Assembly: GCA_008632985.1 (NCBI GenBank)
Contig: QPGO01000176.1
Span: 17,778 to 81,777, forward strand
Source of the DNA: Psammoneis japonica
Taxonomy: Eukaryota
Reading direction: 5' to 3'
DNA length: 64,000 nt
This document shows, piece after piece, positions 25,991 to 37,249 of the stretch (positions are counted from its first letter, which is position 1; each line of letters starts with the position of its first letter). A model generated the notes under the pieces. It did not search any database and was not told where the DNA came from. It saw only the letters and a program-made list of their open reading frames with translations. Both the position numbers and the translations under genes were made by a program.

Positions 25991-26645
25991 TTTGATGAGA
26001 ATTTGCTAGCTTTGGCGATTCTGTTGTAGAGCTCTCGCGATTGATGTGTTCGTATACGCTAGAATGATGTCCGATGTCGTCAACAACGACGGCGGAGGTA
26101 TCTTTTTGTTTCTCCCCGTCGCTAAAAATGGAAATGTTTGATGAATTCGTTGGGACGCACACATCTATAAGACGACTACTTTGGAAGGTTTTCAGTTTGA
26201 TCTCAAGATGTAGTAAATTTATGCAGTGGTTTTACAGACTACAGCTTCTACAAAATCCATTTCCTTGCGACATGCCCCCAACATTGAAGCAGAACTGAAC
26301 ACACATGCAGTGGCATGGCAGTCGGAGCTCCCCAAGAGTTCGACGGTTTCGACGACTCAATCCTCACAGAATTTGTTGCGCATGGATTCAATCACACGGT
26401 GTCCTTCAGGGGCAAGCAAAGTTCCACCTTGTGGGGATTTGAGCAAGTCAAGAAACTCGTCGGCGGGTTGTTGCTCCGCCCTGCAAGAAACTCGGTTGTC
26501 TCCAGCAAGAGCTGCCTCTTGTCCTCGGAGAGGAAAGGAATTCGGCGCTAAAGTTCATGGTTGGATGGCGATGGGTGCTGGGTGCTGGGTGTGGTGTTCC
26601 GATTTTTGTGTGGTTCTTTCTTTTGGCGCGTTAGTGGCGGGTTTT

Positions 26646-26730
26646 GTGCAACGCCGTGCAACGCCGTGCAACGCCGTGCAACGCCGTGCAACGCCGTGCA
26701 ACGCATTGCACGCCGTTGCATCGCGTTGCA
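26646..26730. repeat. 10-bp tandem repeat (gtgcaacgcc, ~6 copies) followed by inverted cgttgca variants
   Basis: Seen directly; ends a short TpA-poor patch (~26250-26745). Confidence 0.95.
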
Positions 26731-27479
26731 CTCCAACGTCACCACGTACCTCCTACACGAAGGAATCAGTATTAGAAAATGACTTTTTCAATGACCCGAC
26801 AAAACGGAAGTCTGTGTAGAAAATGTACTGTTGAGGGTCGTGGCAGATCATTGCATGTCCATGTCGTATATTTTTTACGTTAAGATGCAGCTAAATCCGA
26901 CAGTTCAAATCCATGACGTCACTGGAGTCATTAAAAGAAGACACTGGCTGTCACTCGCGCGGCGGGGAAGCAGACAGACATCGGATGCGGAGCAGGCGGC
27001 GCGGAGGTACAGTAGGTACATATTTCCTCCGGTAAGCGATAATTGTCCACGAGGAAACACCGTGTTATTCTTTTTGGGCCGTACATCGTAGTACTGCTTC
27101 TACTCAAAATGGCTCGGAGGGAAAAGCATCCACGACCCACGTCAAAGCATCACATCACATGGAAGCGCTGCAGCGACGATGATCGCTCGTGCCGTCAACC
27201 ACTACTTCGCATAACGACGATACCCTATATCATGGACCCTCCTCCATTTAGTCCAAGCGTCCACTCAGTTGGTGCATTGGTGCAGGTGCCGCCGGAACAC
27301 CGCACGGGACGACCGACAGCACCGTAGTGAAGGTGGAACAGGCTTCGTCACGGGTTTCAACGCTGCCGATGGCCGAGTGAATGTGCGGTATACAGTCAAC
27401 AACAGACTCAGTATGGATGTTTTTCCAAGTAGACTCTCTCCAACATCATTGGCTGTTGATGAGGTCTTGGGGATTTGTG

Positions 27480-28180
27480 ACAGTAGCGTTTGCTCGTACC
27501 GAAAACGATTCTCAGAGAGGGGGGCGCACGTACAAGGTCGATTGTGCTCGTGCCGGTGGAAAGGTGAAGGCGAAGAAGGATTCGTATCGCCGTGTATGTG
27601 GGGCTATCAGAACATTCCACTATCCAAAGATCCCAGAGAATTTGTTGCGTCACAAAGGCGAGGATTATTTTCAGGATTGGAGGTTACACTATCGAATTCG
27701 GGGACGGAACGAAATCCGCGTGGGATTATATCCATATCATTCTGTTGGCAAAGATGGAAGCAGTTGCTCAGAGGGGAAACAACGATAAGGGGAAAGCGAG
27801 TACATCTTTTGTTCCAGTGGGATAATGCAACACCGCATATTGATTCGGTTCTCGTGGCCGGTGTTGATGGTGAATTCGCTCAACGCGGTTGGGAGCTTGC
27901 ACCGCAACCGCCAAACTCCCCACCTGTATTTCTTTCCAGCAATGGCTAAGAGGGTCACTGTAGACCAAGGGCTTGAAAATGGTGGTCGATATTTGCAGGG
28001 GGGGGCAGCTGTGGGCATCCTTTCGTCGCGTTTATGATCGCTATCCCGAGGGGACCATCTCCCGGTCGTTGGTGTACCACAGTCAAGTGGTGAACGCTGT
28101 TTTTGAGTGTGATGGGAGTGATGATTTCGAAATGGATTCGCAATCACTTCACTGTGGAATTCGGAAGTTTTTTCAGTGTG
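27480..28180 (+). pseudogene. Tc1/mariner-like transposase remnant (deleted and frameshifted)
   Basis: FHYPKIPENLLRHKG, FQWDNATPH, QPPNSP, FFPAMAKRV and LHCGIRK. Confidence 0.75.
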
Positions 28181-28711
28181 TTTCTGACTCGGAAGAGACG
28201 CAGAATCCCACCGGAGTTGAGGTGACTGAGCACCTGGATCCGGTGGAACAGAACCTGCGGTGCACGACGCCGGATGTCATTCGGGATGGGTACAATCCGG
28301 CAGATTTCTTGAGTGAGAATGAACTTTCAATGTTGGTGAATAATATGGACTAATCATGGAAGGATACTGAAGTGTATCCGATGGCGGAGCTAGAACAGAA
28401 TCGGGAGCTATGCGATGCCGAGGCGCACTTGGAGCAGGCACTGGCAGTGCTGTTTTGGAAGGTGAAATCTCTAGAGAATTGATAGCATACACTTAGAATC
28501 GGTACTAGAGTATCTATATTATCCTACTATTGCATCAAATTGGTATTTTATACAGTAGTCGGGCGAAAAGAAGCGATTCAATAGAGCGAACTCTACTCTA
28601 GAGAGAAGGTTTTAGTGGTTGCGCGAAGTCGCGCGTGAACAAAAAATATGTAGAAGCAGTACCATGATGTACGGCCCAAAAAGAATAACACGGTGTTTCC
28701 TCGTGGACAAT

Positions 28712-31700
28712 GGACTATGGAGATTCGGAAAAATTGGTCGCACTGTCCGTCCGTCACCAGGCATCGGAGGTCAAAATCTGCCGCGATGCTCTATTCGCAC
28801 CGGTACGAAGAAAGAGATTACACTGTAAGAGATCACATTCTATTGCGTCTAATTTAATGTTTAAAGCACTGGCTTAAACATAAAGTTGCACTGAAACCCC
28901 CAAGCAATCCACAAGTCAGCGGTCATTTCAAGATCCTGCCGCTGGTGGATGCCACCACTCATCATGCCACATGCCTTCATGCGTTTCACGGCTCGTCCAT
29001 TCACCGACTGATCACTGGCCACAGCTGCTGAGACAAGAACCTCTTCGCTGGTGAATTTTTTGTCACTTTTGGCAAAAAAAGGTTGGAGAAGCAGCTGCCC
29101 TCCGGCACGCCAAGCAGCAAAATGCTCCTGTGCCCCTTGTCCAGAACATTCGTGAAGGGCAAATCGGACGAAGCATCACGCTCCTGAAAATCTTTCTGCA
29201 CTTCCAACATTCCACTTTCTTCAAAGTGTTGAGTGTCAGACACTGCACCGGTCCACAAATCCCACCCACCCAACCAACCACACAGCTGCAGAAAAACCCC
29301 ACCCTTCCCCACATTGTTTCCACAGCAAAGTGAAAAGGTGAGTCTCTGCAGGTCGGCATCCGACGGCTTGCCCACAAAGTCAACATTTGTGTTGTCCCAC
29401 ATTTGCACCCTTTTGTCCGGGCAGTGATCTCTCCATTTTTCTGAGCACAACGCCATGTCCTCTGCATGTGTGAGAAATCTGGGCCAACTGCGCAGCACGG
29501 CAACAACTTGCGCGAGCTTGCGACGGAACACATCCCCAAGAGTTGTTCTGCTCACACCATGGGCACTCTTTGCGTCATCCCATCGCAGTTGAGATTTTTG
29601 CCACACCATCTCAAAGCACAAAAACCACTCTTCAAACCAACTCATGAGAGTTGTCTCAGTCTCCATCATCCTTTCAACGCTTCCATTGCACACAACTGCC
29701 ACGCACAACAACAGTTGTTGCACATCCACAAAACCTGTTCGTCGCTTGACTTCCTCATCACTCAGGTTAAAGGGTGTCACTGTCAGCTCTCTGTTCTTGC
29801 ATGCATTGTCGCGTCATCAGCAGCACTGATGGATTAAGTTCATCACGCAATTCAATCCGTCCTCCTTCCTCGACCTCAACCGCCTGCTGCAGCACTGGTC
29901 GATCTTCGCTTCTGCTTCAGATGATTGTGTCATCCCTTTCAGCAAGTTACAAACAAGACGATCAACGCCAAGTCCTTTCGACAAAGTGCCAGCATGAGTG
30001 CCCTCGCCGGTGCTCTTTGGTCCCACATTGTTCGGCACTTCAAATTCGTCGGTTGCCGATCGTGATTCCAGCATCGCTGTCTTGTCATCAACAAATTGAT
30101 GCTTGTAAGATTTTGTACCTTCACAATTTGATGATGCTTGCATGTCCGAATGTCCTTGTGATTGCACCTTCTGTCGCCACGTCGCATCCCCATTCGATCA
30201 AGGAATGTGTGACGCTTGAAACGCTTTTTGCAACAGGTTTTCCAACGATCTTCTGACACATGCCCCCCTTGTTCCTTTGGCTTTGGCGCATTGGGCATGG
30301 GTGGCACGCGGCAGCCACAATCATTCTGATCAAGTGGGGCACCGCAATTTTGATGCTGGCACACTTTCCCAGCAACCCACGAAGATGGTCGCACTGCAGC
30401 TCTCGGTGGCTCGGCGGCAGCTGAGTTTGGCTTGCTGGTTGTTTGTTTGACCCCTGAAGCAACATTGCAAGACGTCAAAGAGCTGCCGATTTTTGCCTGT
30501 GTTTTTTTCGGGTCAGTCGCCGACTTGCAAAGCTTGTTGAGGTGTTGTCTGAAGCCGTCGTCCATCATTTTGATGCTGTTTGTCATCGCTCCCAATTCTT
30601 GGGCACGCAATTCTAGCACACGGTGTCCAGCCAGGTTCCAGGCATCAGGATTGCATTCCTTGTGCAGTGCATCTGCAGACAAAATGTGACAGAGACGCCA
30701 CGTGCTGATGTCATCGCGGGCGCATGTGTCATTCAACTCTGGGGACTTGCACCTGGTTTTAGAATCGCTGGCCGCAGGAGTCTCTTTCTTGATTTTTTGT
30801 TTCGCTTTGTCTTCAGGTGTTTCTCTCTGCAATTTCGGATTGGTCCAAGCTTTTGTGGGTCGGGCGGATCCGGAGTGGTTGTTCTTCCGCCTCGCTTCTC
30901 CATTGCCACCTTGAAGTGGTCAAGCAGATCAGTTGGTTTCTCGAGGTCCAAAGGCACGTCAGGAAGGTCCGCAGCTGCCATCAGCATTTTAAGAGACTCT
31001 GCCACAGTGCCTTGATCGTCAGAAGTGAGCTCCTTCTCATCCACTTTCGAGAAAAACGATGCCATCTCCATGAGTGCGTGTTCAGCAAGCCCATCCACAA
31101 GCAATGTCGTCAGTTTGTAAATGACAGGCAAACAATGCACACACGCTGCATGTCGTTTGATGTCCGAGTTGTTTTCAGAAAACGTCTCAGATTTCTTTTT
31201 CTCATCTCCAGCCTTGCAGGTGCAGCATGTGCATGCAAGATCTGATGACGCAATCGCAGTTGTGACTTCATACATCCCATCTTTAAAAGATGGAGGTGTG
31301 CTGCCATCAAGAACGAGTCCCACTTCACCGTCTTTCTCGAACATTTTACCATGAGCATGAGTTGTTGGTGGGCATTTCGAATCGACAGCATGACGAACGC
31401 ATCGCTTCATCAACCTCTCACCGCTGTCCGTCCGCGATCCTTTTGCAAATTGGATGATGATGTCTGGTGAAACCTCAGCTGCTTGTGGCATGTTTGGGTC
31501 TCTCTTAGATTCGAAAGTCACGAGCTTCGCAAGCAAATTCACTGTCTTGCACCGGTGCGCCGACGACAGTTTCTTGTCACCGAGAAATCTGGCTCCATCC
31601 TTCAAATCAAACGTGGCAACAATTGACAAGGTTCCATCATCGAGTGAATCGGGAGACAGACTTGGACAGCTGACACTGTCAATGTTGAATGTGTCGTCGA

Positions 31701-33667
31701 CTCCATCCTTTTCAACATGCAGAGAACACAGCTCCTGCAGTTCACCCATTGTTGCTTTGGCAGGTGCTTCAATCTCACTGTCAAGAGCTGTCCTCAGCTC
31801 GGCGTTGGTGAGGAGTGAAATCGGGTCGGCTTCAGCATTGCCCTGACAGTCACACTGAACACAGAGTTTGTTGTCTTCTTTCGCAGTGCACACACGACAG
31901 AACACGATCACACTTGGCGCACGTTGAGTGGCCTTCACCCGACACAAACGCATGCGATCGCTCTGGACGAGCACCAGGGCATACAAGCAAGTCACTGTCC
32001 TCTTTCACAAGAGCAGTTGATGGCGCAAATTCACGAATGTAGTTGGAAATCGGCTCCAGTGGCGCTGCGGCAATGGCGTCTTTTCGCCCGACTCTGACAT
32101 GTCGGCAGGCTCATGCACCATTGCCTCCACGAAGGCTGTTGTCGTTTCCTTTGTCAAGCATGTGAGGGCTGGGTTGGCTTTGTTTGCACTTGGCATGGAG
32201 TCAAGGACCTCATCAAGGAGATCATTGTAACCCACGTTGGGCAACACATTGGAATCCACGCTGCCTTTCTCGCGCACGCGTTTGAGCGCACCTTCCAATG
32301 CCGAGTGCGACATCTTAGAAAAGAATGCATGCTTTTTCAACTCTGCTGGCAAGGTGTCACTGCCCAACACAACTCCAATCAAGCATCTTGTTTTCATGTC
32401 TAGTGTCCCATCAAGCAATGGTGGCTTGCTTGGTGCCTCACATGCCATCCGGCAGGTTCATTGGGCGGCACAGCACCCTTGTTGGTTTCAGCATGCTCCG
32501 TGGAAGTGTCATTGGCAGTGTCATTGGCAGATGTAGTCACATTTTCAGCAGCCGCCAGACCAGCCGTTGCAGCAGTCACAGCCACCCCCATGCTCTCTGC
32601 AGGAGATGCACTCGCCATCGAAAGTCCAACGGCATCACAACAAAATGCGACAGTCTCCCTGAACGCCGTCGCAATGGTGACGCCTCCGATTGCATGCTCT
32701 GGTTGTGCATTTTCATTCACCACCTTGCGCTTTGCCTTTGCTTTGCAGGATTGAGCTTGAAGTCTACAATCTGAATGCAAGCCCCGCCGGCAACAAAAGA
32801 AAAGTCACTGTCATTCCCAACCGCCGTGTCAATCCTATTCTGAATCAGCAGTTGCTGAATTTTGCCATCTGCTTGAAAAGCCCCATGGACAATTTCCAGC
32901 TCACCCGGGTGATTCATCTCCAAGTCTTGAACCGCACTCTGCATGGCACTCATGTGCTCCGGTGCAAGGCGGCTTAATGACTTTGACTCACAACTTGCAA
33001 CTTTCCGTTCCAGGTCCTTCCTCTTCTGGATGAGTGGCTTCTTGTCGCCAACCGTTCGATGTGTTTCAAGCCGCAGTGTCTTGCTGATCGATGAGATCTG
33101 TGCTTTTAACCGGATTGCCTCAACAACACTCCTGTCACACTGGATGTCACGAGCAATCGTAGCCTTCTTTGAGTGGTGCCGCCCAGACGGATCCACAATG
33201 ACGTAGACATGACACCCTTCCGCAACAAGAGCTTTGAGAAAACCACAGAGCTTGTTCTTGGCATCATGCACAGACGTTGAACTCTAAGCTTGAAACACAA
33301 CCAAGAAAAATCCACACCAACCGCTGGTTTTCCCTGACGGTCAGCAGCGGTGGCTTGCTTCGAGCACATGCTGAACACTTGACCGCCTGACAGTTTCTCA
33401 ATCTCACGCAGGATTTGTGACCCACCGTTGATTCCCATTGCTGCCAATCAAAGCATCTGTGCAATTGAGGCGGCATTGACAACAGACTGCCGTGATGCTG
33501 CTGCGAGTGAGGCAAAGCACGATCTGCTGCTTCCGTTCAGACTGCTTGCATTGTCATCATCATCAGCGACGTGGTGTGACTTTTGGCATGAATTTTTTGT
33601 TGTTTGAATCAATGAACTGATGGAAGGACAGGCCGAGTGCAACCATTTTTTCAGATCTCCACAGTCC
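28712..33667 (-). mobile_element. ISL2EU/PIF-Harbinger-like DNA transposon, 4956 bp
   Basis: Imperfect ~33-bp TIRs ggactatggagattcggaaaaattggtcgcact and ggactgtggagatctgaaaaaatggttgcact. AT target duplication at 28710-28711 and 33668-33669. Excision restores the mariner TIR. Confidence 0.85.
28861..33438 (-). pseudogene. Transposon coding region: XPG/FEN1-like nuclease, SWIM-like finger and DDE_Tnp_4-type transposase; frameshifted
   Basis: Nuclease: MGING, GVDFSWL, VIVDP..HHSKKAT, AFQADG, GNDSDF, VVLGSDTLP. Finger: CTCKAG...CVH. Transposase: WDNTN, GAVSD, VLDKGHRS, ending WGFQCNFMFKPVL*. Confidence 0.75.
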
Positions 33668-36110
33668 ATTGTCGCTTGCCGGAGGAAGCAGGTGGGCCCC
33701 ACTCCCGCGGAGCGTTGCACTTTTCAGTCTGGCCAGCAAATTTTTCTACGCAATTTCTGCGTGCCACATTAAATTCTACGCAGCCTTGGCACTTGTACAA
33801 AGCACCTCACGACGCATCGCTCCCCGCTGATGCTCACCATGGCACCGATGCATTGTCGTTTGTTGTGCAGTGCTGAACAGGATTCAGTCAACTTCCACGC
33901 AACGGGGTTCACATAAAAGCAACAAATCACAGGAGCAAAATGCAACCACTGAGGGAGAGAATCTTCAACTGTCAAAACCAAGCTGACTTTGCAGAAGCAG
34001 CGGCCATCAAATTTGCTGCACGCGGATCCCCACCTTTCCGCCTTCATTGAGCGTGACAATGGAACAGGCCACCAGGCATGTTTCGCCATTCTTGTTGAAA
34101 TGACATGATTCCATGATCATGCGATCGCCCAAGGCTCCCAGACAATTGTTCTCAAAAGCCTGGGAATCCAAAATGAAGCAGACAAGACAAATGGTTGAGT
34201 GTTCTTGGAGAGCCAACAAGAACGGATCGCCCAAGCACCAATCAGAAATCAGATGCTTCTTGGAAAAGCTTCCAGAAGACACTTGCCAAAAGCAGACACA
34301 AGCACAAATGAAATTTGTCGAAAAGCATGTTGTGCTTCCCTTCCAATGACCAGCTCCACACTGAAAAGAACCTTTCGTGCACTGCCTTTAAAGAACTCGG
34401 TGCAAGAACATCCTGCAGGCAATGATTCAGTCGGTCTGGCATCCCTTGGAATGGATGCACACACTGTTGAAACCTTTGGCAGGACGTGGGAAAAGAATGT
34501 GAAGGAGCATCTCATCCATCAATCCAGAACGAGCCCAAGTCTCAGCGCGCTCGGGTTGGTCAAGCGGCGTTTCCAGGCATTCCAAATCCAGGTGCAACAA
34601 AGAGGAGTGTTGCATCAACTCAAAAGACTTCAATTTCACTCCTCTGTCCGGCGTTGTTGACACATCGAAAGACAAGGCAAAACAAGGGGCAAGATCTGAC
34701 ACCACAAGAGCGAAAGAAGTCAAAGGAACGACGAGTCACAAAACAAAGAACGAACACACCACCAGACAATGTGACGACCACAAACGCACATTGCCAGGGT
34801 GACAACTCGACTCATGCTCTGTCATCCATTGCTCATGCTCATGTGTCAATGATGAAATGCTGTGCATTGGAGTGCCAACCAAAAAAGAAGGTAAAATGAA
34901 AGAAACAAAGTCAAAGGATGACAAAAAAAACGAGTCATCACACCACTTCAGTCGACGGCACATTTTGCAACACACGCGGCATTTGTCGAGACTGGGCCAA
35001 CGCTTGCACATGACATGGACAAAGAACATGAATCTCATGCATGACTCACCCCACAAAAAGACGCGACGACGACGGTGCAAACGACGCAACAGCGCCATGG
35101 TGTCTGCGAGAAAAATTTGCAGAGGCTGGTGCAAAAAATTGGTCTGTAAGTCATTCTCCGCTTTTTGATTTTTGCTGACTGGCCAGATTAGCTCAGCAGT
35201 GAAAAATGTGACGATCGGTGGGAGGTCTTTCTCTTCCTCTTCTTCCCGCACCAATTGCAGACCTCCCAAGCCGGGAGTGGGTGGGCAGGCCCCAGCAGAG
35301 GCAGGCGATGCAACCATTTTTTACAACATCACAACTGGGCATTCGCATCAGGATCAGGCAGGGAGCAGGGATTGAGGACCATGGCTCATGGCTTGGCCCG
35401 CCTCCGCGGGCGGCATCCGCTCGATCCACATGTTGGGAGTTGGGAGCGACAATCACTGCACCACATGTCCTTCAGCCATGTCTGAATTGGAAAGGAGCCT
35501 CTCGACTTTGCAGTCAGAGATCTTCTGGAAGACTGAGACTCTTGCCTTCCGTGCACAAAGTTTTTGCCTTGGCATCAACAGAAGCAGTCTCCCCACATTC
35601 CATCGACGGCACAGGGAGACTTCCATGTGTTGCAAGCAATCGAGTGGGCCTTCACGACGCCAACCACAATCATCGTCGGCTTTGTCATTTGCGGGGCAGC
35701 GGTCGACTCGTGCTCGCAGCGGTTGACGTGATTTCTGCCAGCTCAAATGAGTTCCCGTCCATTCCAGTGGCAATGCCAGACAAGACGCATCAACACACAG
35801 CATGCATGCTGTCGACGCCCATCAGCTGTACGAAAACAAACCTGACGGCCGTGGTGGTGCCCCTGGCGGTGCCATGCTCAAACTCGATGCGGAGCACCCA
35901 GAAAAGTCCGACTCGTTTTCCTTTGCTCCTTTGCATTTTACCCAAAACGGGGAGCAGACGTGACCAATCCAAACCAAGAAGGCAAGGGGCATCTTGTTGC
36001 TTGTGTGGTGAATGGATGAGACCTTGCAACAGCCTTCATTGTTTTGGATGTTGAGGGGGGGGGGGCGATGCGGAGCACCCAGAAAAGTCCGAGTCGTTTT
36101 CCTTTGCGCC
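28890..36110. other. TpA-depleted domain with CpG largely retained
   Basis: Covers the ISL2EU-like element interior and extends ~2.4 kb beyond its right end. Confidence 0.85.
35615..35720 (-). pseudogene. Short duplicated fragment of the adjacent ClpS-like gene (source ~37001-37120)
   Basis: DDDCGWRREGPLDCLQHMEVS versus source DEDYDWRREGPLEYLEDMEVS. Confidence 0.85.
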
Positions 36111-36124
36111 TTTGTATTTTGCCC
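35885..36124. repeat. 59-bp direct repeat (35885-35943 and 36066-36124)
   Basis: cgatgcggagcacccagaaaagtccga.tcgttttcctttgc.cctttg.atttt.ccc, 4 mismatches. Confidence 0.9.
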
Positions 36125-36667
36125 TTGACACTGTTTCCGTTTACGTAGCTGGGTATAAAGGAAGGTGACATTCCCTGGCCTCACCACTTCCACAAGCTTC
36201 ACACCATGAAGGGCGTCCCAGCTTGGTGAGCACAGGCCATGAATGCCAATGCATCTGCACGAGCGATGAGAGCGCGGCCTTGATCCGTCGGATCTTGGAT
36301 GCCTTTCCATTGCCATCGTCTTTAAAGCATAAACATGATCTCGAATACGCCGCACCTGTGCTGTAGTCGTCATCTTTATCTTTACAATGACATTAAATGT
36401 CTACACGTGGACCTTTCTTGTGCCCACTTAGCAGCAGTCTATCATGGCCAACTTAAAGCTACTGTAGGATACGATCTACCCACTAACCCTTAACACTTCT
36501 ACTATAAATCCAGGTGCTTGCAAGGTACATGGCTTTATAGAAGAGGTAGGATTGCAGTACGATGTACGATCGCTTTTATTCTGCCAATTTTGGGACACTT
36601 TTATTGGTTGAGGTTTCAGACAACAATCTTCTAATTACATTCTAGCAACTGATGCCACGATTCTAAT

Positions 36668-37249
36668 CTAGTTGAATCCCTCAAAGTTTCCAGACTTGGA
36701 AGCTCCTCCACCAGCATCCTTAGCTTGCCATCCACGCTGTCCGCCTTCGCAATAAGGTACAACACGGCAGACAATGTCTCGTACTTGAAGCTGCTTACCC
36801 AGCGCGAGGCACTCCTCTCGCTTCCACGTTCCCAGACATGACATTCCGTGTTCTTGAGCAAAATTCGAAAGCTCTAACGCTTCCAAGGGAGGCATATCCA
36901 AGACATACTCGAGTGAACCCGAAACATAGTTGACTGTGATTTTTGGTTTCTCAAAGGTTGCGCCCAACAGCAGAATGTGAAAGGGGTCATCGTCTTCACG
37001 AGAGACTTCCATGTCTTCCAAATACTCGAGTGGGCCTTCACGACGCCAATCATAATCCTCGTCGGCTTCATCATTAGCGGGACGTGCCGTCCTTTGCTTA
37101 CGGTCGACTCGTTCTCGCGGTGGTGCTTCGACGGCAGGCATCATGGTAAGCGGTGTTCGGGGAGAAGCTACAGACGCAGTCCAGGCTGAAGTTGACGCAA
37201 GCAGCAAGGAAAAGAGCAACACAGTGGACCGTGCAATAGACCGTATCAT
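36668..37249 (-). CDS. ClpS-like adaptor protein, probably plastid-targeted
   Basis: Signal peptide ending STSA-W followed by a Ser/Thr/Ala-rich transit region. ClpS-fold pattern PFHILLL...YVSGSLEYVL..P..EA....AQEHG.SCL...REE....QL...CRVVP. Confidence 0.7.
   Translation of the reverse strand: MIRSIARSTVLLFSLLLASTSAWTASVASPRTPLTMMPAVEAPPRERVDRKQRTARPANDEADEDYDWRREGPLEYLEDMEVSREDDDPFHILLLGATFEKPKITVNYVSGSLEYVLDMPPLEALELSNFAQEHGMSCLGTWKREECLALGKQLQVRDIVCRVVPYCEGGQRGWQAKDAGGGASKSGNFEGFN

Larger units (their letters stand above)
27023..33688 (+). mobile_element. Tc1/mariner-type DNA transposon with ~81-bp TIRs; right TIR split by a nested insertion
   Basis: Left TIR 27023-27103 follows TA. Right TIR is 28650-28711 plus 33670-33688, followed by CA. 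Termini resemble the CTCCCTCCG ends of plant-type mariners. Confidence 0.85.

Noticed and set aside
28890..36110. Alternative genetic code or foreign DNA as the cause of missing Tyr
   Set aside because: TpA loss is frame-independent, affects non-coding TIRs and host-derived fragments, and spans unrelated TE families.
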